64,000 nt of DNA from Candidatus Taylorbacteria bacterium RIFCSPLOWO2_01_FULL_48_100 (lineage in GTDB: Bacteria; Patescibacteriota; Minisyncoccia; Phycocordibacterales; UBA10002). The notes beneath the pieces are model-generated. The model was not told the DNA's origin and did not search any database. It saw only the letters and a list, made by a program, of their open reading frames with translations. Position 1 is the first letter of the stretch, and each line of letters starts with the position of its first letter. Where the stretch lies: the NCBI GenBank assembly GCA_001821135.1, contig MHSA01000021.1, positions 3,956 through 67,955 on the forward strand, written 5' to 3'. A program made the position numbers and the translations under genes. Shown in pieces: positions 1 to 9,881 of this stretch.

Positions 1-419
1 AGTTCAAGTACTTCAGTAAAAGTTAATTTTCCGAGCCACTCAGAGTTGTATCGTAATACTGCGGAATTCTCCCCATTAAATTTTATAATCCGCGATGCCT
101 GTTCTTTGTATAATTTCGCGTTTGATAAAACTTCATCGCGCGTCAATTTCTTTCGCGTTGCGCTTTTACCAGTCGGGTCTCCAATCATCCCCGTAAAATC
201 CCCGATGAGTAGAATTATTTTATGCCCCAATTCCTGGAACTGCGCTAGTTTAAGAAGCGGAATGATATGACCTAGATGTAGCGTCGGGCCTGTTGGGTCA
301 ATACCGAGATAGAGAGAAAGCGGTTCGCTGGATTTAAGGTGTGCTTCCAAAAATTCGGCGTTCGGGTAAATCCGCTCAACACCGCGCGTTAATAATTCTT
401 TTATTGCTTCTTCTTTCAT
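1..419 (-). CDS. tyrS: Tyrosyl-tRNA synthetase, N-terminal part (runs off window edge)
   Basis: Manual translation from ATG at 419: MKEEAIKELLTRGVERIYP...LYLGIDPTGPTLHLGH...IGDFTGMIGDPTGK, i.e. HIGH-type motif and TyrS signature; absent from ORF track because truncated. Confidence 0.95.
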   Translation of the reverse strand, partial: MKEEAIKELLTRGVERIYPNAEFLEAHLKSSEPLSLYLGIDPTGPTLHLGHIIPLLKLAQFQELGHKIILLIGDFTGMIGDPTGKSATRKKLTRDEVLSNAKLYKEQASRIIKFNGENSAVLRYNSEWLGKLTFTEVLE

Positions 420-500
420 ACCCCTATCTTATCATAAAAAACCTGTGCTAGTATGTTTCTGATGCACCACAAATAAATTGTTTGTAGTGTGTATTTAACT

Positions 501-1532
501 ATGTTAATGAAAAAAATTGAATTCAGAGAAATAGGAAGTGGGGAAGAATTTGACCCAAATTCTATCTGCGACAATGTTCCGTTTACACAAGCAAGTTTCT
601 ATGGAGATTGGCAAAAAGAATTGGGGAGGGCTGTGAAAAGGTTCTTGGTTTATAGCGATGGTGAAATTGTGGCTTATTTTCAACTGATTAAATATCCGCT
701 TCTTTTCGGAAAAAGTTACCTTTATATACCCTATGGTCCGGTTGTAAGAAGTGTTGCGAGAGATTTCTTTGTTGCTTTAAAACAAAAATTAAAACGAATT
801 GCTAAAATAGAAAAAGCGATTTTTGTTAGATTGGATTTTACACCATCAATATCGAGTGATGTTCTTTCTAGACTCTTTACAGGAGCTCCGCTCTATACCT
901 ATCACTCGGCTTATTTTCAACCGCGTGTGGAATGGTTTCTGGGTTTAGAAAAAAATGAAAATGATTTGCTTATGGCGATGCATGAGAAAACTCGCTACTC
1001 AATACGATTAGCGAAAAGAAAGGGGATAATGGTAGAAATAATCACTGGGGATTTTGTAAGATATTTTGATATATTTTATGAATTAATGTCGGAGACAGCA
1101 AAAAGAAACGGCTTTAGTATTCATCAAAAAAACTACTATAAAAATATTTTCCAAAATCTTTACAAAACAAAATCGTACTTATCTGTTGCAAAGTACGGTC
1201 AAAAAGTTTTGGCGATTGACCTTGTTGTTGTTTTTGGAAAAATTGCAAATTATGTTTTCGGTGGGTCAAGCAGTGAAGAAAGAAATCGTGTGCCGACTTA
1301 CTTGGCGCAGTGGGAAGCGATTTGCCATGCTAAAAAACTTAACTGCGATTTTTATAACTTTGGCGGTATCTCCATTAACGACAAAATATACATCGGGTGG
1401 AAAGGTTTGACGATTTTTAAAAAGAAATTTGGCGGAAAAGAGATAACTCACTCTGATTTTTTTGATGTTATTGTAAATCAATTTTGGTACCGACTTTATA
1501 ATTTCAGAAAACAGTTACAAAAAATCTTTTAA
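501..1532 (+). CDS. FemABX/FemX-family peptidoglycan bridge peptidyltransferase
   Basis: YIPYGP, KTRYSIRLA, YNFGG, GLTIFKKKFGG motifs typical of FemAB; adjacent to a PBP gene. Confidence 0.85.
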   Translation: MLMKKIEFREIGSGEEFDPNSICDNVPFTQASFYGDWQKELGRAVKRFLVYSDGEIVAYFQLIKYPLLFGKSYLYIPYGPVVRSVARDFFVALKQKLKRIAKIEKAIFVRLDFTPSISSDVLSRLFTGAPLYTYHSAYFQPRVEWFLGLEKNENDLLMAMHEKTRYSIRLAKRKGIMVEIITGDFVRYFDIFYELMSETAKRNGFSIHQKNYYKNIFQNLYKTKSYLSVAKYGQKVLAIDLVVVFGKIANYVFGGSSSEERNRVPTYLAQWEAICHAKKLNCDFYNFGGISINDKIYIGWKGLTIFKKKFGGKEITHSDFFDVIVNQFWYRLYNFRKQLQKIF

Positions 1533-1539
1533 CTTATTT

Positions 1540-4071
1540 ATGTTGTATAAAAAATACAAACAACGAAGGTGGTATGGCGATATATTAGCATTTTTATTGT
1601 CCATTGGATTTATTCTAACTGGAATTATTGCGCTTTGGATTTCCACATTTCGCATCCCCGACCTTGCGTCGCTTGGCGAGCGTAGAGTGAGCGAATCCAC
1701 CAAAATATACGACCGCACCGGCGAAGTGCTCCTTTACGACCTGCACCGAGGCGTAAAGAGGAGCATTGTTTCGTCTGATGAAATTTCGCAACACATTAAA
1801 AATGCGGCGATTGCGCTGGAGGATGCTGGATTTTACGAGCATAATGGCATTGAACCGAAAGCAATCGCGCGCGCAATACTTGCAAACCTAGGAAGCGGAA
1901 GCTACGGCCAAGGCGGTTCAACGATCACCCAACAGGTAGTGAAAAATTCTCTGCTCACAGGCGAAAAGAAAATTTCGCGGAAATTAAAGGAATGGGTGCT
2001 TGCGCTTAAACTGGAAAGAGTTCTAACTAAAAACGAAATACTTACGCTTTACCTGAATGAAGCGCCGTACGGCGGAAATATTTACGGGATTGAGGAAGCG
2101 AGCCGCGCATATTTTAATAAATCATCGCGCGACCTTACTATTGCGGAATCAGCTTACCTTGCGGCCCTTCCAAACGCGCCTACTTACTTCTCCCCTTACG
2201 GTACTAACCGTGCGCGGCTTGAAGAACGGAAGAACCTCGCGCTGACACGCATGCGCGAGGCGGAATATATTTCGGAAGAAGAGTTTGAAGCGGCAAAAAA
2301 AGAAGAAGTTGCATTTATTCCTATGGACCCATACGGAATCCGAGCGCCGCATTTTACGCTGATGGTCCGCGACGAACTTATAAAAAAATATGGGGAAGGC
2401 GTGGCAGAAAAGGGTATGCAGGTTATTACAACGCTGGACTGGCGGCTCCAAGAACTTGCAGAAAAAATTGTGAAAAAACACGCGCTGGAAAACGAAGAAA
2501 AGTTTAACGCGGAAAATGCCTCGCTAGTCGCCATTGACCCGAAAACGGGCGATGTGCTCGCGCTAGTTGGCTCACGCGACTATTTTGACCAGGAGATTGA
2601 CGGCAATTTTAATGTCGCCACTGGGCAGGGCCGACAACCCGGCTCGGCGTTTAAGCCGTTTGCGTACGCGGAGGCGTTCATAAATGGCTACACGCCCGAT
2701 ACTGCGGTCTTTGACCTTCCTACGCAATTTAGCGCACTCTGTGATGCTGACGGCAAGCCATTAAATGAAGGGGATGACCCCGAGAAGGTGTGCTACGCCC
2801 CGCAAAACTACGACGAGAAATTCCGAGGACCGATTACGATGCGTGAGGCACTCGCGCAGTCCATCAATGTGCCGTCAGTCAAAACACTCTATCTTGCTGG
2901 ACAGCAAAACACTTTTAACCTCGCGTCTCTTATGGGTATTTCAACGCTTACTAATGCCAACCAATATGGATTCACACTCGTGCTTGGGGGAGGAGAAGTT
3001 AAACTTCTTGATATTGTTGGCGCGTATGGAGTATTCGCCAATAATGGAGAGAAAAATGAGATTCATTCAATTAAACAAGTTTTTGACGCGGACGGAAAAA
3101 TTATAATGGAGCCGCGACCTAATACAGAGCGAGTGCTACCTGAATCTGTGGCATGGCAGATTTCAGATATTTTAAGTGATGATGAGGCGCGTTCTCCCAT
3201 ATTTGGACTAAATTCGTATCTCAAAGTTAATAATTTTTCTGTTGCGGCAAAAACAGGAACTACTAATGATTACAAAGACGCATGGACTGTTGGATATTCA
3301 CCAACACTCTCTGTGGGGGTGTGGGTTGGAAACAATGACGCACGCCCAATGGAAAAAAAGGCGGCTGGGTTTGTTGTAGTTGCTCCGTTGTGGAACGAGT
3401 TTATGCGCGAAGCGCTCCCGCTTATGCCGCGCGAAGTGTTTCCGCCTCCGCCTGAAGAAAACAAGGATGCGCTCCCGCCAGCACTAAATGGCGAATGGCG
3501 CGGAGGAAGAAAGTTTGTGATTGACCGTATGTCTGGAAAGCTCGCAACCGAGTACACACCTGCGGAAACGCGCGAGGAAAGGGTGGTGCGTGAGGTGCAT
3601 TCCATACTGTATTGGCTCAATAAAAATGAGCCGCGAAGCGGTATTAAGCCCGCGAACCCCGAAGCCGACCAGCAATTCGTGCTTTGGGAAACGCCTGTAC
3701 GCAAATGGGCGGAGGAACAAAAATTAACAGACGAAACGGACGCTGTGATTCCAACAAGTTATGATGATATTCATAAACCAGAGTTTGCTCCGACCATATC
3801 CATTTCGTCGCCTGTATCTGGCACCGTACTCGGCAAAAATGAGCGTTTATCAATCGCTATCTCCACCGCACCGAAAAGATATGGGCTTCTCAAAGCAGAA
3901 TTATATATCAACGGCGTGTTTACCGATTCAACATTCTCCTCTCCGTTTTCGTTCTCCTTCATTCCGAAAAATATAAACAGTATTACAGAAACAAACGAAC
4001 TAAAAGTTGTGGTGTATGATTCTGTTCTCAATAGAGGAGAAGCGAGTGTGAGTTTTAGTATTGCAGAATAA
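1540..4071 (+). CDS. Class A penicillin-binding protein (PBP1A family) with C-terminal Ig-like extension
   Basis: N-terminal TM; EDAGFYEH, GGSTITQQVVKN, RKLKE transglycosylase motifs; SAFK, SIN, KTGT transpeptidase motifs. Confidence 0.95.
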   Translation: MLYKKYKQRRWYGDILAFLLSIGFILTGIIALWISTFRIPDLASLGERRVSESTKIYDRTGEVLLYDLHRGVKRSIVSSDEISQHIKNAAIALEDAGFYEHNGIEPKAIARAILANLGSGSYGQGGSTITQQVVKNSLLTGEKKISRKLKEWVLALKLERVLTKNEILTLYLNEAPYGGNIYGIEEASRAYFNKSSRDLTIAESAYLAALPNAPTYFSPYGTNRARLEERKNLALTRMREAEYISEEEFEAAKKEEVAFIPMDPYGIRAPHFTLMVRDELIKKYGEGVAEKGMQVITTLDWRLQELAEKIVKKHALENEEKFNAENASLVAIDPKTGDVLALVGSRDYFDQEIDGNFNVATGQGRQPGSAFKPFAYAEAFINGYTPDTAVFDLPTQFSALCDADGKPLNEGDDPEKVCYAPQNYDEKFRGPITMREALAQSINVPSVKTLYLAGQQNTFNLASLMGISTLTNANQYGFTLVLGGGEVKLLDIVGAYGVFANNGEKNEIHSIKQVFDADGKIIMEPRPNTERVLPESVAWQISDILSDDEARSPIFGLNSYLKVNNFSVAAKTGTTNDYKDAWTVGYSPTLSVGVWVGNNDARPMEKKAAGFVVVAPLWNEFMREALPLMPREVFPPPPEENKDALPPALNGEWRGGRKFVIDRMSGKLATEYTPAETREERVVREVHSILYWLNKNEPRSGIKPANPEADQQFVLWETPVRKWAEEQKLTDETDAVIPTSYDDIHKPEFAPTISISSPVSGTVLGKNERLSIAISTAPKRYGLLKAELYINGVFTDSTFSSPFSFSFIPKNINSITETNELKVVVYDSVLNRGEASVSFSIAE

Positions 4072-4076
4072 AATAC

Positions 4077-5174
4077 CTACCGATTCATCGGCATTACTAT
4101 GTATCGGAAGCCGGAGGAGCCGGCACCGGTGATGAGGAGCGGCTTGCCTACACCGGAAAACATCAGTGACATACTGGATTCGGTAATCGCGCCGAGTACA
4201 TCTATGAGGTAGCGTGCGTTGAAGCTCATCTCAATCGCCTCCCCCGAGCGCGAGGACTTGAGTGTACTCACACCCTCACCTACTTCCGCATTCTTCACAG
4301 AAAGCGAAATCTCATCTCCGCTCGCTGGAACGGTAATGAGAATTTGGTTTGATTTTTCAGAAAGCCCCGACGCAAGTTGGAGCGCTTTTGCAAGGTCGTC
4401 TTTTAGAAGTGTTACTGTGGTGGTGAACTCTTTTGGAATAATTTGCTTGTAGTCGGGGAATGAGCCGTCTATAACACGAGATGTAAAGACCATTCCGTCG
4501 CTTTTCATAACAAATTGCCCAGATTCACTTGCGACTGTACATGATTCGTTTTCAATTTCGGAAACAATACGAAGAAGTTCGGCGGCGTTCTTAGCCGGCA
4601 AAAGCGTTGGGTGTATGGAAATGTTCTTTTGCGGAAAAACATGTTTTTCAGCAAGGCGGAATGAGTCGGTTGCGGCAAACACCACACTATTTCCTTCGGA
4701 AAAAATATAAATACTTGAGAGCTCTTGGCGGATAGACGACTGAGACGCACTATACAAAACCGATTTTAATCCTGATGCCAAAAGATAAGTTGGAATTGTG
4801 TTTTGACTTTCTTTTGGCTGTGAAAATTTCGGAAAGTCCTCGTGTGGAAATACTTTTAACACAGCACTTGCATTTCCTCCACTTACAGACAAACCACCTT
4901 GTGTTGAGTGAAACAAAACATTTTGAGCTGAAACGCCAGATAAAAATGTATTTAGAGCAATTCCAGAGACAGCAATCACACCTTCCTTTTCAATACGCGC
5001 AGGAACCGCCACTTCATATGCGACATCAATATTGGTTGCGCGTACTACAACAGATCCTTTTTTCGCTTCAATAAGTACGCACGCCAAAACAGGAAGTGAT
5101 GGGTTTTTACCGGTAACTCGGCTTGCGTTCCTAACTGCCTGTTCTAATTTTTCTTTGAAGCATTCTCCTTTCAT
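4077..5174 (-). CDS. dnaN: DNA polymerase III beta clamp
   Basis: ATDSFRLAE, GSFPDYKQIIP, C-terminal IVMPM; downstream of dnaA. Confidence 0.97.
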   Translation of the reverse strand: MKGECFKEKLEQAVRNASRVTGKNPSLPVLACVLIEAKKGSVVVRATNIDVAYEVAVPARIEKEGVIAVSGIALNTFLSGVSAQNVLFHSTQGGLSVSGGNASAVLKVFPHEDFPKFSQPKESQNTIPTYLLASGLKSVLYSASQSSIRQELSSIYIFSEGNSVVFAATDSFRLAEKHVFPQKNISIHPTLLPAKNAAELLRIVSEIENESCTVASESGQFVMKSDGMVFTSRVIDGSFPDYKQIIPKEFTTTVTLLKDDLAKALQLASGLSEKSNQILITVPASGDEISLSVKNAEVGEGVSTLKSSRSGEAIEMSFNARYLIDVLGAITESSMSLMFSGVGKPLLITGAGSSGFRYIVMPMNR

Positions 5175-5386
5175 ATATTTAATAGATTATGTATAAAGAA
5201 ATAAGAGTAAGAATAAATGATGTTGATCGTGTGGAAAAGATTGTTTTGTGTTTTGTTTACTTATATATTTTTGATTTTTTATTGTGTACAATATATGAAG
5301 AAGTTTATAATTGTTTGTGTGTAGTTTTAATTTTTTATTATATATTTTTGATTTTCCACACATAACAACTTACTTTTCCACACCAG
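5175..5386. promoter_or_regulatory. Candidate oriC in the dnaA-dnaN intergenic region
   Basis: Very AT-rich; DnaA-box-like 9-mers TGTGGAAAA (5230) and TTTTCCACA (5352, 5374), each one mismatch from TTATCCACA. Confidence 0.6.
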
Positions 5387-6733
5387 CTACAACATAGCCC
5401 GCAACTGTTTAATTTCTTGTTCAAGTGTGCTGTTGTGTTTTAATTCATTTTTAATTTTTTCATATGAATGAATAACAGTTGTGTGGTCTCTTCCTCCTAA
5501 TTTTTGTCCTATTAATGGATATGATACAGCACAGTCCTCTCTAAGTAGAAACATTGCTATTTGGCGCGGCCGCACCACCTCCTTGCGACGCGTCTTTTCA
5601 TAAATACTCGCTTCCTCTATTTGATAAAAATGTGAAATTACCCGAAGAACATCTTTTACTGAAGTCGTTTTTTTAGGCTTCTCGTTCGCCTTAACAATTT
5701 GTTTTACTTCCACAAGAGTAAGTTCCCTGTTTTTTAGTTGAGAATTACACACAACAGAATTCAGAAGCCCTTCTATTTCACGGATATTCCCTTCAACAAT
5801 ACCTGCAAGATACTGTGCTGTTTCGTTGGAAATTGGAAATCCAGCAATTTTCGCCTTTGATTGTAAAATAGCAATACGGGACTCAAAGTCGGGTGCAGGC
5901 AAGTCCACCACCATACCTGACGCAAAGCGCGACTTCAAGCGGTCTTGAATGTCGGAAATGAAGTTGGGGTGCACGTCAGCGGAAAAGATAATCTGCTTGT
6001 TGTTTTCATATAGCGTGTTGAAGAGGTGGAATAATTCTTCTTGTGTTTTTGTTTTTCCGGAAATGAATTGTATGTCGTCCATAATAAACACATCATAGAC
6101 ACGGTATTTTTCCTTAAATTGGTTGATGCTGGTGTTCTGCATCGCGTTTGTAAACTCAATTTGGAATTTTTCCGATGTGATGTAGAAAATCTTCTTACGC
6201 GGCTCTGATTTATAAAAGTAATTTCCAACCGCTTGAATGAGGTGGGTTTTTCCGTGCCCGGTATTGCCATAGAAAAAAAGAGGGTTGTACGCCGACGGCT
6301 TTTTGATGATTGCCTGCGCCGCGGCGTGCGCGAGCTCATTAAAGGGGCCAACGACAAAGGATTCAAAGGTGTAGCGCGGATTGAGGTTATTCTCTTTGTT
6401 GATATAGTGCTCTTTAAGAGGAAGTTCTGCGTTATTTTGGTTTGTATTGAGCCACACCTGAGGTTGAGCCGCTATTTTTTTCTGTTCGTCTTTGGAAATT
6501 ACATATTCAATAGAGCGCGTGCCTTCCGAAAGCGCGCGCAAGGAATGAAGAATCATTTTATGATATTTGTCCGACAGCCAATCGCGCACGAACGCGTTTG
6601 GTACAGCAAGGTACGCAATCCCCTCTTCCATTCGTGAGAGGGCTGTGTCTTTAAACCATGTCTGAAAGTTTGCCTTTGATACCGTTCCGCCGATTTCAAC
6701 CAGCGCGCTGTCCCATAATTGTTTTGGATTCAT
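5387..6733 (-). CDS. dnaA: Chromosomal replication initiator DnaA
   Basis: NPRYTFESFVVG, YNPLFFYGNTGHGKTHL, DDIQFI, GGRDHTTVIH. Confidence 0.98.
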   Translation of the reverse strand: MNPKQLWDSALVEIGGTVSKANFQTWFKDTALSRMEEGIAYLAVPNAFVRDWLSDKYHKMILHSLRALSEGTRSIEYVISKDEQKKIAAQPQVWLNTNQNNAELPLKEHYINKENNLNPRYTFESFVVGPFNELAHAAAQAIIKKPSAYNPLFFYGNTGHGKTHLIQAVGNYFYKSEPRKKIFYITSEKFQIEFTNAMQNTSINQFKEKYRVYDVFIMDDIQFISGKTKTQEELFHLFNTLYENNKQIIFSADVHPNFISDIQDRLKSRFASGMVVDLPAPDFESRIAILQSKAKIAGFPISNETAQYLAGIVEGNIREIEGLLNSVVCNSQLKNRELTLVEVKQIVKANEKPKKTTSVKDVLRVISHFYQIEEASIYEKTRRKEVVRPRQIAMFLLREDCAVSYPLIGQKLGGRDHTTVIHSYEKIKNELKHNSTLEQEIKQLRAML

Positions 6734-6845
6734 ATTTTTTAGAAATGTCGTTACAGAAGTATAGCGCGGAAGGAATGCAAAGGAAGTTGCAGATATGTAT
6801 CTATTATGTTAATAATATGTGGACAGCAAGTGAACAACTAAAAAT

Positions 6846-6980
6846 ATGAGCTTTACATACAAACCAAAGAAGAAAAAACGCGCGCGTACGCACGGATTCC
6901 TAGTGCGTATGAGGAGTACGAGCGGGAGCCGCGTAGTTGCGCGCCGCCGGCAGAAGGGTCGCAAAAAACTTTCTGTGTAA
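6846..6980 (+). CDS. rpmH: 50S ribosomal protein L34
   Basis: Manual translation [44 protein letters not shown]; divergent from dnaA. Confidence 0.97.
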   Translation: MSFTYKPKKKKRARTHGFLVRMRSTSGSRVVARRRQKGRKKLSV

Positions 6981-7303
6981 TGTTAAAAAAAGTAAATCGC
7001 ATAACTACCGAAGGGTTTAGAAAATTAAGTAGGTCAAACTGTATGTTGCATACGGACTTTTTCAGTGTGCGGCTACATCAGACCACACACAAACAGCCGA
7101 GATTTGCAGTTGTTGCGTCTAAAAAGATTGCGCCGACCGCGGTTATGCGCAATCTTCTTCGCCGCCGTCTCTATGAACTATTTGGTAAAAAAATCGGCAA
7201 TATATCTGGAGGCACCGCCGTGGTTGTTTTCGTAAAGAAAGAAGCGAACAAAGCATCTTTTCAAGAACTCAAAGGCGCTGTTGAGAATCTTGATGGTTTT
7301 TGA
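6980..7303 (+). CDS. rnpA: RNase P protein component
   Basis: RFAVVASKK..TAVMRNLLRRR (RNR-like motif); follows rpmH. Confidence 0.93.
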   Translation: MLKKVNRITTEGFRKLSRSNCMLHTDFFSVRLHQTTHKQPRFAVVASKKIAPTAVMRNLLRRRLYELFGKKIGNISGGTAVVVFVKKEANKASFQELKGAVENLDGF

Positions 7304-7315
7304 TACGATTGAACA

Positions 7316-8059
7316 ATGCTAGAGTTTTTTAAGGTGGTGTTCTATCAGCCGCTCTACAACGGGCTTGTTTTTTTGATGGATGTAATTCCAGGCGCGGACG
7401 CAGGTATCGCAGTTATCGCACTCACCGTTATTGTTAAACTTGTACTCTTTCCCCTCTCCAAGCGCTCCATAGAAACGCAGTTTTCTATGCGCCGTTTCCA
7501 GCCGGAGCTTGATGAATTAAAAAAGAAATATGCAAGCGACCGCGAGGGGTACGCGCGCGCCACGATGGCGTTTTACAAAGAAAAGCGCATCAACCCATTT
7601 TCCAGTTTCTTTCTTTTACTTATACAACTCCCGGTCATTATTTCTTTGTATTATGTGTTCTTTCGCGGCGGACTTCCTGAAATAAACGAGGTGCTCCGAT
7701 ACGCGTTTATTCCAAGCCCAGAAGTTAGTATGGAATTTCTCGGACTGATTGATATTGCGGGCAAAAGCATCACACTCGCAGCGCTTGCTGGAATTACGCA
7801 GTTTTTCCAAGTTAAACTTGCTCTTCCCCCGCCCGCGCCTGGAACGCGCGACGGCTCGTTCCAAGGGGAGCTTATGCACGGTATGCATATGCAAATGAAA
7901 TATGTAATGCCGATTGTCGCGGCAGTTGTTGCGTACACGATTTCAGGCGCTGTCGCTCTGTACTGGACGACCTCTAACCTTTTTGCAATAGGACAAGAGA
8001 TTGTAGTGCGTAGGAGATTGGGTGCACAAAACAAGGAAATTCCAAATCAACATGCTTGA
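7316..8059 (+). CDS. yidC: Membrane protein insertase YidC/Oxa1
   Basis: QPEL..LKKKY, INPFSS, LLIQLP, LYWTTSNLF; synteny. Confidence 0.95.
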   Translation: MLEFFKVVFYQPLYNGLVFLMDVIPGADAGIAVIALTVIVKLVLFPLSKRSIETQFSMRRFQPELDELKKKYASDREGYARATMAFYKEKRINPFSSFFLLLIQLPVIISLYYVFFRGGLPEINEVLRYAFIPSPEVSMEFLGLIDIAGKSITLAALAGITQFFQVKLALPPPAPGTRDGSFQGELMHGMHMQMKYVMPIVAAVVAYTISGAVALYWTTSNLFAIGQEIVVRRRLGAQNKEIPNQHA

Positions 8060-8513
8060 AAATAGTACAATTAAAAACCATCTTGAAGAAATATTGCGGC
8101 TTGTCGGGGTTGCTCACGAAGGAGTGGAACACATTGATGATGAAAGTGGAGTGCGGTTTTGCATAAAAACAAGCGAATCGCACGCGCTTATTGGGCAAGG
8201 CGGCGAAACGCTCGCGGCTTTGAACCATATAATAAAGCGCATCAGAGCGCGCGGTGGTAAAGAGGAAGAAAGAGAAGAAATGTTTTATGTTGATGTGAAC
8301 GGATATCAAGAGCAACTATTTTCCGACATTAAAGCGAAAGCAAAAGTACTTGCTGAGCGCGCGAAGTCGCTACAGGCGAATATAGAAATGGAGCCAATGA
8401 GTGCGTACGAGCGGCTATTCGTGCATAATTTTCTTTCCAAAGATGCAGGAGTAAAAACAGAATCAAAAGGAGAAGGAAGAAATAGGCGTGTTGTTATTAA
8501 GTGTGTTGTGTAA
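8052..8513 (+). CDS. jag: Jag/KhpB KH-R3H RNA-binding protein
   Basis: LIGQGGETLAAL (KH) and MSAYERLFVH (R3H); follows yidC. Confidence 0.9.
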   Translation: MLENSTIKNHLEEILRLVGVAHEGVEHIDDESGVRFCIKTSESHALIGQGGETLAALNHIIKRIRARGGKEEEREEMFYVDVNGYQEQLFSDIKAKAKVLAERAKSLQANIEMEPMSAYERLFVHNFLSKDAGVKTESKGEGRNRRVVIKCVV

Positions 8514-8521
8514 AGTTCTCT

Positions 8522-8651
8522 CCTCTCGCCCTTATCCTAAGGGGGAGTACCACGAGCGGAGCGAGGGGGAGGGGGTGGTTTTTCTGTGGGAACAGAAGCA
8601 CCCCTCCGTCTCCCTACGGGAGACACCTCCCCTTATGTTAAGGGCAGGAGG
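8522..8651. repeat. Palindromic repeat family B, copy 1
   Basis: CTCGCCCTTATCCTAAGGGGGAGTACC...GAGGGGGAGGGGGT...CCCCTCCG...CACCTCCCCTT...GGCAGGAGG; related copies at 21289, 26250, 36372. Confidence 0.9.
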
Positions 8652-8657
8652 TAGTAG

Positions 8658-9875
8658 TTATAGTGCGAGAATCCACAGCGTTAAATCATTTTTGTTTTGG
8701 AAAAGAAGATACTGGTCGTCCGGACTGATGTCTACATTAAATACATCAATTTCTGTTCGTGCGATTTCCGAAAGATTTACAGCGAGGTCGGCGCGGCCGT
8801 CTTCCGCGTCAATTTTCCACACAGAATCATTCGTCTGCGCAGTTCCTTGATACCAGTTGTTTGGGAAACCATTCGGAAGCGCGTCGGGAACGGCGCACAA
8901 TGCAACTGCGCGGTTTTTCTTGCCCCACACGCACTTGTCTGCGAGCGTGGCGAGCCCGAGCGGCACGGTCTCCCCCCTAGTACGATTAAAGAGAGATAGT
9001 GTTGCACTAGATTCATTGCTAGTTGAGGACAGCACAACTGTTCCGCCTCGGCTTGGAAGCGCGGTAAGCCCAACGCCGCTTTCTACAACATCAAGCGCGC
9101 CGTTCTGCGCGCCGACGGCAAACAGATGTCCTGCCATGCCCGCCGAGGCACGCGTTGTTAGAAATATGGAGTCGTTCACCGGCCACACAGCGGCAAGATC
9201 TTTGAGCGGTAAATCAATAATCGTATTTTTGCGCGAGCCGTCCGGCGCGGCGAGTACGCCGCTTGCACCTGTTGCATTTTCAGAAAGGTAAAAAATGGTG
9301 TTGCCGGTCGGCGAAAAGGCGAGTGTGCGAATGTTGCGCGGAAGGAACGAGGCGCGCAGAGCATCGCCCTCACTCGCCGCCGCGCCGACGGTTGCATAAA
9401 AACTTTCAATATATTCCGTTCCCGCCGACTTTTTGTTATAGCGCACAATAACCCCAGAGCCGTCAGGTTTCCAGAGTGCCGCGCCTATTTCTGGAATTGT
9501 TTGATTAGAGATGCGGCGCGCCGTTCCTTCTTCCGCTCCGATTTCAAACAAATGCCCCGTGCCGCGCTCAGCGTAGCGCACGAGCGTTTGCCCTCCGCGC
9601 GAGAAAATCACTGCGCCCGCAACCGGCGTTTCTGTGAGTTGGCGTAAGCGAGGCAACTCGCCATCGCCAACACCAAGGTCTCCCGCATCTTCACCGCCAG
9701 TTCCCAAATCACCAAATCCACCAACCTCACCTGCTTCAGGAAATGCTCCACCCGTTTCTCCTCCGCTAGGTGTTGTTGCGCGCATAAAGAACCACCAATA
9801 CGCAAACGCACCCACTGCTACGACAAGCAGAACCGCAACACTACCCCATATTATTTTTTTGGTCTTGTTGAACAT
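8658..9875 (-). CDS. Membrane-anchored protein with probable beta-propeller (TolB-like)
   Basis: N-terminal TM, Gly-rich linker, repeats WKPDG / FSPTG / ISPDD. Confidence 0.65.
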   Translation of the reverse strand: MFNKTKKIIWGSVAVLLVVAVGAFAYWWFFMRATTPSGGETGGAFPEAGEVGGFGDLGTGGEDAGDLGVGDGELPRLRQLTETPVAGAVIFSRGGQTLVRYAERGTGHLFEIGAEEGTARRISNQTIPEIGAALWKPDGSGVIVRYNKKSAGTEYIESFYATVGAAASEGDALRASFLPRNIRTLAFSPTGNTIFYLSENATGASGVLAAPDGSRKNTIIDLPLKDLAAVWPVNDSIFLTTRASAGMAGHLFAVGAQNGALDVVESGVGLTALPSRGGTVVLSSTSNESSATLSLFNRTRGETVPLGLATLADKCVWGKKNRAVALCAVPDALPNGFPNNWYQGTAQTNDSVWKIDAEDGRADLAVNLSEIARTEIDVFNVDISPDDQYLLFQNKNDLTLWILAL

Positions 9876-9881
9876 AAAGGT

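Noticed and set aside
8488-8850. 120-aa ORF after jag
   Set aside because: Merely reads through repeat family B and the antisense of the next gene.
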